Positions 11,277 through 18,557 of a stretch of DNA of 64,000 nucleotides are shown piece after piece. The stretch lies in the NCBI GenBank assembly GCA_958295905.1, contig OY282382.1, positions 4,134,910 to 4,198,909 of the forward strand, read 5' to 3'. The notes below the pieces were generated by a model, which ran no database searches, was not told the DNA's origin, and saw only the letters and a list, made by a program, of their open reading frames with translations. Position numbers and translations under genes: made by a program. This stretch comes from an uncultured Vicinamibacterales bacterium. Lineage in GTDB: Bacteria > Acidobacteriota > Vicinamibacteria > Vicinamibacterales > UBA8438. Within the stretch, counting starts at the first letter, position 1; every line of letters begins with the position of its first letter.

Positions 11277-11764
11277 TCGAGAAACCGCAGGATCGCGAAT
11301 GTCAACGTGGCCGTCGCGATCACGGTCCCGACCATCCAGCGGACGAGCCTGGTTTCGAGGTTCGCGACCTCGGTGCGCACGCCGGCGATATCCGTGCGTT
11401 GCTCAGTCCGTAAATCGGCAATCTGGGTCGAGAGTCGGGTGTCGAGGTTCGCGATTTCAGTTCGCACCTCGGCGATCTCGGCGCGTTGCTCAGCGATCTG
11501 CCCGGCAACCTCGGCGATCTGCCCCTTGAACTCGGCGCGTTGCGCCGCGAGCTGCTCCGTGAGCTCGGCGCGCTGCCCGGCGATCTGCTCCGTGAGCTCG
11601 GCGCGTTGCGCCGCGATCTGCCCCGTGAGCTCGGCGCGTTGCCCGGCGAGCTGCTCCATGAGCTCGGCGCGCTGCCCGGCGATCTGCCCCGTGAGCTCGG
11701 CGCGTTGCCCGGCGATCTCGGTGCGCAGATCGGCGAGGCCGGCCTTGAACTGGTCGGCCGTCAC
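11273..11764 (-). CDS. coiled-coil protein of 11-residue tandem repeats with C-terminal TM anchor (DUF1640-like paralog 2; N-terminal domain frameshifted off)
   Basis: GTG 11764. Product: ..TADQFKAGLADLRTEIAGQRAELTGQIAGQRAELMEQLAGQRAELTGQIAAQRAELTEQIAGQRAELTEQL...LVRWMVGTVIATATLTFAILRFLE. The N-terminal MLDTLAVARSLTDAEFT is encoded by ORF 11761..11874 in another frame. Confidence 0.7.
   Translation of the reverse strand: MTADQFKAGLADLRTEIAGQRAELTGQIAGQRAELMEQLAGQRAELTGQIAAQRAELTEQIAGQRAELTEQLAAQRAEFKGQIAEVAGQIAEQRAEIAEVRTEIANLDTRLSTQIADLRTEQRTDIAGVRTEVANLETRLVRWMVGTVIATATLTFAILRFLE
11527..11724. repeat. six tandem 33-bp coding repeats
   Basis: Unit GAGCTCGGCGCG(C/T)TGC(C/G)C(G/C)GCGA(T/G)CTGC(T/C)CC(G/A)T. 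Units start at 11527, 11560, 11593, 11626, 11659 and 11692, with degenerate units continuing to about 11300. Confidence 0.9.
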
Positions 11765-11967
11765 GTGGTCGCTCCGCTCGGCGGCCGAACGAACGGCGGT
11801 CGTGATGGCGTCGGCCTGAGCGGGGTGAACTCGGCGTCGGTCAACGAACGGGCGACGGCGAGCGTATCGAGCATGTCCAGCAAGCGTAGCACGCCCGACC
11901 CGGCGATTTTCCGCTTCGGATTAGATCGACCAACCCAGGGCGGATAGTGGCCATTTGGACCAAACGG
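11731..11967. repeat. direct repeat copy A (about 237 bp): 5' end and upstream region of the DUF1640-like gene
   Basis: Aligns by eye at about 90% with 12082-12311. It differs by a 12-nt indel (AACGAACGGCGG) and a 1-nt deletion (TTCACC-CCGCTCAGG versus TTCACCTCCGCTCAGG). Confidence 0.85.
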
Positions 11968-12211
11968 TCATGGTCGCGCTGCGCGGCCACCCTGAAGACA
12001 TGAAATTCGTCAGGGCCTCCAGCGACTTCCTCAGCTCCAGCAGATGCACGAGCCTGACCCGCGTCATCCCCGCCATCAGCACGGCGAGGCCGGCCTTGAA
12101 CGGGTCGGCCGTCACGTGGCCGCTCCGCTCGGCGGCCGTGATGGCGTCTGCCTGAGCGGAGGTGAACTCGGCGTCGGTCAACGAGCGGGCGACGGCGGGC
12201 GTATCGAGCAT
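11921..12211 (-). CDS. DUF1640-like paralog 3, probably a chimeric or truncated duplicate
   Basis: MLDTPAVARSLTDAEFTSAQADAITAAERSGHVTADPFKAGLA, then unrelated sequence that reads through the repeated upstream region of paralog 2 (..SKWPLSALGWSI*). Confidence 0.45.
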   Translation of the reverse strand: MLDTPAVARSLTDAEFTSAQADAITAAERSGHVTADPFKAGLAVLMAGMTRVRLVHLLELRKSLEALTNFMSSGWPRSATMTVWSKWPLSALGWSI

Positions 12212-12311
12212 GTCCAGCAAGCGTAGCACGCCTGACCCGGCGGTTTCCGCTTCGGATCAGATCGACCAACCCGATGGTGGCAGGGCGGATAGTGGCCGGT
12301 TGGACCAACCG
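12082..12311. repeat. direct repeat copy B (about 230 bp)
   Basis: See copy A (11731-11967). Confidence 0.85.
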
Positions 12312-12414
12312 CTGCGCGCCGGCGACACGCGGGTCCGTGCGGCCGGAGGCGCGGATTTCGGCGCCGACCTCGGCCCGGGCAACCTTCGGCGAAAGCTCCG
12401 CGCCGCCCGCGCGG

Positions 12415-13809
12415 TCAGACCACCCGAATCGGGACGCGGTGAATCGTGTTGTTGCCGTAGCCGAGCCGGTTCCACTCCGCCTGCGCGGGTTGGGTGCGTC
12501 CGGCCATGTCCGTCGCCCGCGCCTGCAGCACCAACGGACCGGGCCGTTCGAGCCGGGTGATCAGCTCCCACCACTGCCAACTGTGCCGATGGCGCTCGCC
12601 GACGAGGCGGGCCGCCTGCCAGTCCCCGCCGAGGCTGACGTCCACGCGCGCGATGGGCGCCGCGCCCGACCAGGCCACCCCCCGGATGGCGAACTCGCCG
12701 GCCCGGACCTCCTGGTCGGGCCCCGGCTCGGTGACGAGCGCCCGCACCTGCTGCAGGGTGACCGGCTCGCGCACCCGCCCCTCCCCGCGTTCCCATTCGT
12801 ACCAGTACTTCGTGCCCTGATAGTGCCCCGTGAATCGATGGTCGATCAGCGTGATGTCCGTCAGCCACTTCACGGAAGCCACCGCGTACCACCGGGGCAC
12901 GATCACGCGCAGCGGATGGCCGTGCTGTTGCGGGAGCGCTTCGCCGTTCATCCCGTAGGCGAGCAGAACGTCGGCGTCGCGCGCATCGTCGAGACCGAGG
13001 CTGCGTTCGAAGGCGATCGACGCCGGCCCGCCCTCGACCGCCCCCCGGTCCGCCCCGCGGAACAGCACCTCGCGGGCCCCGGGGGTCGGTCCGGCGCGGT
13101 CGAGCAGCTCCTTGAGCGGCACCCCGGTCCATTCCGCGGTGCTCACCGCGCCCAGATCCCAGCGCTCGCCCTCGACCGGGGGGTCGAACAGCGCCCGCCC
13201 GTTGCCGGCGCACTCGAGGGTGACCATGAGGGTCCGCGACGGCATGTTGTGCAGGTCGCGCAGGCTCACGCTGAGCGGACGCTCGACGAGGCCGCCCACC
13301 GCGAGACGAAACGTCTCGGTGTCGAAACTCGGAATCTGAAAGTGGTTCCGCACGTAGAAGTGCGCGTTGGGCATGACGACGCCGCCGAGGAGAGCGGGGA
13401 TCGACGTCTCGCCGTTGAGGGGGTGGGCTCTGTGCACGACGAGACCGTCGTCGAGCGCCTGCTGGCAGGCGGTCTCCGGGTCGACGGCGGACACCGGATC
13501 GCCGGAGGCGGCGGGAGCGGCGCAGCCGCCGTTGGCGACGACCCCCGCGCAGGTCGACGCCGGATAGACGTCCACGCGGCCCGCCTGCCGGAACGGCTGC
13601 ATGAACGCGGTCAGTCTCGCCTCGTCGTCGGCCTCGACGATGAAGTAGACGGTGTGCTCGCCCCGGACCACCGCCTCGCCCTGGATGCGCACGCCGTGCT
13701 GCCGCACGTTGGGGCGGCTGAGATGGTTCAACAGACTGGCCCCGGCAAAGGGATCCCGGGCCGGACAACTCTCGGCATCGTGCTGATGCCGGACGACGAA
13801 CAGCGCCAT
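12415..13809 (-). CDS. sulfite-oxidase-family molybdopterin oxidoreductase with an extra ~100-aa N-terminal domain
   Basis: ATG 13809 is preceded by GAGGAGG. The SUOX core shows HFYVRNHF, the Mo-ligand motif TLECAGNGR, GHPLRVIVPRWYAVASVKWL, and a C-terminal dimerisation domain. The N-terminus is MALFVVRHQHDAESCPARDP...TVYFIVEADDEARLTAFMQPF. No signal peptide and no heme motif. Confidence 0.85.
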   Translation of the reverse strand: MALFVVRHQHDAESCPARDPFAGASLLNHLSRPNVRQHGVRIQGEAVVRGEHTVYFIVEADDEARLTAFMQPFRQAGRVDVYPASTCAGVVANGGCAAPAASGDPVSAVDPETACQQALDDGLVVHRAHPLNGETSIPALLGGVVMPNAHFYVRNHFQIPSFDTETFRLAVGGLVERPLSVSLRDLHNMPSRTLMVTLECAGNGRALFDPPVEGERWDLGAVSTAEWTGVPLKELLDRAGPTPGAREVLFRGADRGAVEGGPASIAFERSLGLDDARDADVLLAYGMNGEALPQQHGHPLRVIVPRWYAVASVKWLTDITLIDHRFTGHYQGTKYWYEWERGEGRVREPVTLQQVRALVTEPGPDQEVRAGEFAIRGVAWSGAAPIARVDVSLGGDWQAARLVGERHRHSWQWWELITRLERPGPLVLQARATDMAGRTQPAQAEWNRLGYGNNTIHRVPIRVV

Positions 13810-13869
13810 GGTGCCTCCTCCGCGCCTTCGGGACGCGGCCATCAATCTTATGCTGCCGGGAGCACCTCC

Positions 13870-13975
13870 TCGATACCGAGACACCGGAGAGGGCCGGGAT
13901 CGGGGTGCGCGTCCGATTTGCGCAATGACTGCCCCCCGGGCACTGCCGGTTGGCGATTTCCGTGCCGTTCCCGGC
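13870..13975. repeat. diverged partial copy of intergenic repeat family C
   Basis: The reverse complement of 13926-13975 (GATGCCGGGAACGGCACGGAAATCGCCAACCGGCAGTGCCCGGGG) matches 41071-41115. Confidence 0.5.
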
Positions 13976-14700
13976 ATCAAGGCCCTCCCGACGAGCCTAT
14001 TGGGGCTCCGGCGCCATGGATGCCTCGGGGACCGGCCACGACGGATGGTTCCAGCAGTGGCGCCTCACCTTCTTGATGTGCACCCCCGGCATCAGGGGCA
14101 TCCCACGCTGACTGCGCGTGACGGCCCGCCCCCGATTCGAGGGGTCGCCACCGTCTTGCCGACCGGCCGGCGCCGCGTGAGACCCGCGATTCCGCACGTC
14201 CGGAACCCCAGGACCCGCCACGATGCTGCCCGCGCCCGGCGGTGGCGGAGCGTGGGATGGTCCTGCCCCCGGGAACAGGGTGTACGTCAGATTTGTGGGA
14301 CGACTGCCCTGTCACGGTCAGATCGGCGATTTCGATCTCGTTCTCGGCCTCGAGACCCTCCGAACGGGCCCTTCGGGCCTTGGCGCGATAGAACGCCTCG
14401 GAGCCAGCGGCGTCGGATACCTCCAGCGCCGGCGTCTCACTTTCTTGACGTGCGCCCCCGGGGAACACCGGGCATGGAAAACGCCGCGAACAACGGCTAC
14501 ACTAGGAACCCTCGGCGCGGCCCCGCGTCGCCCCGGGGCGTCTGCCCGACGGGCGTGACGAGAGGCCTGTCGGGCAGAGTGACCGAGGAAGCACTTGGTG
14601 CGCGCGGGTCGCGGCGCCCGCCCATTGCAGCCCGCAGCAACCGGAAACGCGCGTGGACGGACGGTCAGGACGACCGCCGCGGCGCGGGAGTCATCGGACG

Positions 14701-17118
14701 ATGGTGAACACCGGACCGGCCGCCCGCTCCGGGATCGCAGTCTGCCTCGCGCTCGGGCCCGTCGCGGGTCCGCCGACAGAGGCGCGCACGACCGCCCCGG
14801 AAGCGGCCCAGGCGGTGGTGAACGAGACCTGCCGGCGCTGCCACAACGACCGGGCGCGCTACGGGAATCTGTCGCTGGACCACTTCGAGGTCGGCCGCGC
14901 CGCCGGCGAACGCCCGCTGGCGGAGAAGATAATCCGGAAGGTGCGGACGGGCCTGATGCCCCCGGCGGGGGCCGTCCGTCCCGACGAGACCGCCCTGCAG
15001 GGGCTCGCCGCGACCCTGGAGACGCTCGTCGACGGCGCCGCGGCCGAGCAGCCGCTTCCCGGACGCCGCAGCTTCCAGCGGCTCAACCGCGCGGAGTACG
15101 AGCGGTCTGTCCGCGATCTGCTCGCCGTCGACGTACGCGCGGGCGACTACCTGCCCCTCGACACCAAGAGCGCGGGTTTCGACAACATCGCCGACGCGCA
15201 ACTGCTCTCTCCCACCCTGATGAACGGCTATCTCCGGGCCGCGGCCGAGATCAGCCGGCTCGCCGTCGGCGACCCGGCGGCCGGCCCCCGGGAGGCGACC
15301 TACAAGGTCACGCGGTGGGTTTCCCAGCGGGAACAGGTCGACGGAGCGCCCTACGGCTCGCGGGGCGGGATCTCCGTCGTCCACACCTTCCCCGCCGACG
15401 CGGACTACCGGTTCCGGGTCTCGTTCCACCACGAGACCACCGGAGAGCTGTTCGGCAGCGGCCGCGGAGCGCTGCACACGGCCGAGCATCCGGAGCGGAT
15501 CGAGATCTCGATCGACGGCGAACGCGCCGCCCTCCTCGACATCGACCGGTGGATGCACGTCTCCGATCCGAACGGCGTCAACCTCCGCACCGATCCGATC
15601 CGCGTCACGGCGGGGCCGCACCGGGTCTCGGCCGTCTTCATCCGCCGGTTGGAAGGCCCGGCGCAGGATCTCATCTCGCCCCACGAGTGGTCGCTGTCGA
15701 GCACGAGCGTCGCCAACGCCTACGGCTTCACCAGCCTGCCCCATCTGCGGGATCTGGCGATCCGGGGGCCGCTCGATCCGGTCGGGGTCTCCGACACGCC
15801 GAGCCGGCGCCGGATATTCTCCTGCCGGCCCGACGCGGCCGGCGATGCGCCGGCGTGCGCCCGCGGGATCGTCACCCGGCTCGGGACCGCCGCTTATCGC
15901 CGCCCCCTCGCCGCCGGCGACCTCCGGCCGCTGATGGCGTTGTACGACACCGGCGCGGCCGAGGCGGGATTCGAGGCGGGCGTCCGGATGGCCCTCGAAG
16001 GCATCCTCGCCAGCCCGCACTTCGTGTTCCGGTTCGAGGCGCCGCCGGCCGGCACCGACCCGACGGGCGGCTTTACCGTTTCGGACCATGCGCTGGCGTC
16101 GCGCCTGTCGTTCTTCCTCTGGGCCTCGGGTCCGGACGCCGAGCTCATCGACCTCGCCACCGCCGGCCGCCTGTCGGCCCCCGCGGTGCTCGACGCCCAG
16201 GTGCGGCGCATGCTCGCCGACCCGCGGTCGGAGGCCCTGGCCACCCGGTTCGCGGCGCAGTGGCTGCGGCTGCCCGATCTCGACGCGATGCATCCGGACG
16301 TCCGGACGCATCCCGATTTCGACGAGCAGCTCAAGCGCGCCATGCGTCGGGAGACGGAGCTGTTCTTTCACCACCTCGTCCGCGAGGACCGGAGCCTGCT
16401 GGAGCTGCTGACGGCGGACTACAGCTTCGTCAACGAGCGTCTCGCCCGGCACTACCGGCTTCCAGGGGTCGCCGGCGACCACCATCGGCGTGTGGCGTGG
16501 CCGGCCGGCCATCGGCGCCGGGGGCTGCTGGGACACGGCAGCGTGCTCACGCTGACCTCCCACGCCGACCGCACGTCGCCGGTGCTGCGCGGCAAGTGGG
16601 TGATGGAGGTGCTGCTCGGCAGCCCGCCCCCGCCGCCTCCGCCCGACGTGCCCGACCTCGACGACACCGCGGTCGCCGACGGCGGCCGGCTGCTGTCGGT
16701 GCGGGAACGCCTGGAGCACCACCGGCGGAGCCCCGCCTGCAGCTCGTGCCATCGGATGATGGACCCGATCGGGCTCGCCCTGGAACACTACGGCGTGACC
16801 GGGGCGAGGCGGATCAACGACAACGGCAACCGCATCGACGCGTCGGGCGAGCTGTACGACGGCACGCCCATCGCCGGTGCCGGCGACCTGCGCGCCGCCC
16901 TGCTCGATCGGCCGGGCGCGATCGCCCGCACGTTCACCGAGAACTTGATGGCCTACGCGCTGGGCCGCCGCCTTGAGTACTTCGACATGCCCGCGGTCCG
17001 CGGCATCGCCGGCGCGGCCGAAGCGGACGGCATGCGCCTGTCCCGCTTCATCCGCGGGATCGTACGCAGCCCCGCGTTCCGCACGCAGGGCGCGGCCCCC
17101 GCTTCCGTGGAGGACTGA
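14701..17118 (+). CDS. DUF1592/DUF1588/DUF1595-type protein with N-terminal planctomycete-type cytochrome c motif
   Basis: ORF 14653..17118, start placed at ATG 14701. Contains NETCRRCHNDRARYGNLSLDHFEV (CxxCH), and later SCHRMMDPIGLALEHY, which is typical of this family. Confidence 0.88.
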   Translation: MVNTGPAARSGIAVCLALGPVAGPPTEARTTAPEAAQAVVNETCRRCHNDRARYGNLSLDHFEVGRAAGERPLAEKIIRKVRTGLMPPAGAVRPDETALQGLAATLETLVDGAAAEQPLPGRRSFQRLNRAEYERSVRDLLAVDVRAGDYLPLDTKSAGFDNIADAQLLSPTLMNGYLRAAAEISRLAVGDPAAGPREATYKVTRWVSQREQVDGAPYGSRGGISVVHTFPADADYRFRVSFHHETTGELFGSGRGALHTAEHPERIEISIDGERAALLDIDRWMHVSDPNGVNLRTDPIRVTAGPHRVSAVFIRRLEGPAQDLISPHEWSLSSTSVANAYGFTSLPHLRDLAIRGPLDPVGVSDTPSRRRIFSCRPDAAGDAPACARGIVTRLGTAAYRRPLAAGDLRPLMALYDTGAAEAGFEAGVRMALEGILASPHFVFRFEAPPAGTDPTGGFTVSDHALASRLSFFLWASGPDAELIDLATAGRLSAPAVLDAQVRRMLADPRSEALATRFAAQWLRLPDLDAMHPDVRTHPDFDEQLKRAMRRETELFFHHLVREDRSLLELLTADYSFVNERLARHYRLPGVAGDHHRRVAWPAGHRRRGLLGHGSVLTLTSHADRTSPVLRGKWVMEVLLGSPPPPPPPDVPDLDDTAVADGGRLLSVRERLEHHRRSPACSSCHRMMDPIGLALEHYGVTGARRINDNGNRIDASGELYDGTPIAGAGDLRAALLDRPGAIARTFTENLMAYALGRRLEYFDMPAVRGIAGAAEADGMRLSRFIRGIVRSPAFRTQGAAPASVED

Positions 17119-17123
17119 TCAGC

Positions 17124-18521
17124 ATGGCCTTCGTCACCGGCAGGCATCTCCCGCGCCGTACGTTCCTGCGAGGCCTCGGAACGACCGTCGCGCTCCCCTT
17201 CCTCGACGCGTTCGTGCCCGCCGGCCGGCCCTGGCGCCGCGCGGCGGCGGCCCAGTCGCTCGACGATCCGACCCGCCTGGTCTGCATCGAGAACGTCCAC
17301 GGGGCCGCCGGCAGCACCGCCCACGGGGCCGCGCGGCACCTCTGGTCACCGGCCGCGGTGGGCCGCGACTTCGATCTGGCGCCGAGCGCCCTGAGCCCCC
17401 TCGAGCCGTTCCGGGACGTGCTGACCATCGTCAGCGACACCGACGTGCGGCCGGCGGAAGCGGTCACCCCGCCGGAGATCGGCGGCGACCACTTCAGATC
17501 GAGCGCGACCTTCCTCACCCAGTCGCATCCGAAACAGACCGAGAGCTCCGACGTCCGGGCCGGCGTTTCCCTCGACCAGCTCTACGCCCGGCGGTTCGGC
17601 CAGCGCACGCCGATTCCGTCCATGCAGCTCTGCATCGAGAACGTCGATCAGGCCGGGGGCTGCGCCTACGGCTACTCGTGCGTGTACACCGACACCATCA
17701 GCTGGGCGTCGGCGACCGAGCCGTTGCCGATGATTCGCGATCCCCGGCTGGCGTTCGATCAGTTGTTCGGCACCGGCGGCACCCCCGGCGAACGGGCCGT
17801 CCGGCGCCGCCAGCAACGCAGCGTGCTCGACTTCATCACCGAGGAGGTCGCCCGGCTCGCCCCCACCCTCGACCCGGCCGACCGGCGCCGCATGGATCGC
17901 TACCTGACGGACATCCGGGAGATCGAGCGGCGGATCGAGCGCGTCGAGGCCCGGAATCTCGGCGGCGAGCCCCGCGAGCTCCCGAACGCGCCGGCCGGGG
18001 TGCCCGACTCGTTCGACGAGCACGTCCGGCTGATGTTCGACTTGCAGGCGCTCGCATTCGAGACCGACGTGACCCGCGTCTTCTCGTTCAAGCTGTCGCG
18101 CGACGCGACCGGCCGCGTCTATCCCGCCAGCGGCGTCGCCCGGGGCTTCCACCCGGTTTCGCACCACGGCGGGCGCGAGCGCAACATCGAGGAGTTCGCC
18201 CGGCTCAACCGCTATCACGTGAGCCTGTTGCCGTACTTCCTGGGCAAGCTGCGGGCGCTGCAGGAGGGCGACGCGACCCTGCTCGACCGTTCGATGATCA
18301 TCTACGGTTCGCCGATGGGCGACCCCAACGTGCACAACCACAAGCGGTGCCCGCTCTTCGTGGTCGGCGGGGCCAACGGCCGGCTTGCCGGCAACCTGCA
18401 CCTGCGCGCGGCGCCGGGGACGCCGATGGCGAACGTGATGCTCGACCTCATCCACCGCCTCGGGGTCGACGACGTCGAGCGGTTCGGCGACAGCACCCGC
18501 GCATTCTCGTTGAACGCCTGA
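17124..18521 (+). CDS. DUF1552 domain protein with twin-arginine signal
   Basis: MAFVTGRHLPRRTFLRGLGTTVALPFLDAF. It starts 5 nt after the DUF1592 gene, which is the canonical gene pair. Confidence 0.88.
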   Translation: MAFVTGRHLPRRTFLRGLGTTVALPFLDAFVPAGRPWRRAAAAQSLDDPTRLVCIENVHGAAGSTAHGAARHLWSPAAVGRDFDLAPSALSPLEPFRDVLTIVSDTDVRPAEAVTPPEIGGDHFRSSATFLTQSHPKQTESSDVRAGVSLDQLYARRFGQRTPIPSMQLCIENVDQAGGCAYGYSCVYTDTISWASATEPLPMIRDPRLAFDQLFGTGGTPGERAVRRRQQRSVLDFITEEVARLAPTLDPADRRRMDRYLTDIREIERRIERVEARNLGGEPRELPNAPAGVPDSFDEHVRLMFDLQALAFETDVTRVFSFKLSRDATGRVYPASGVARGFHPVSHHGGRERNIEEFARLNRYHVSLLPYFLGKLRALQEGDATLLDRSMIIYGSPMGDPNVHNHKRCPLFVVGGANGRLAGNLHLRAAPGTPMANVMLDLIHRLGVDDVERFGDSTRAFSLNA

Positions 18522-18557
18522 GAGACCGACAGGCCACGTCGATCGTCTGGAGAAACC

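Noticed and set aside
11527-11724. 33-bp tandem repeats as a possible CRISPR array
   Set aside because: The units are contiguous with no spacers. They lie inside an open reading frame with third-position variation that preserves an 11-residue peptide repeat. No cas genes are present.
9741-12311. Intact prophage or active integrative element
   Set aside because: There are no structural, replication or intact recombinase genes. All mobility genes are fragments.
13810-14040. Moco riboswitch in the leader of the Mo-oxidoreductase gene
   Set aside because: I could not recognise the conserved Moco-motif core by eye. The region instead matches a diverged family-C repeat. It remains a check (Rfam scan) rather than a claim.
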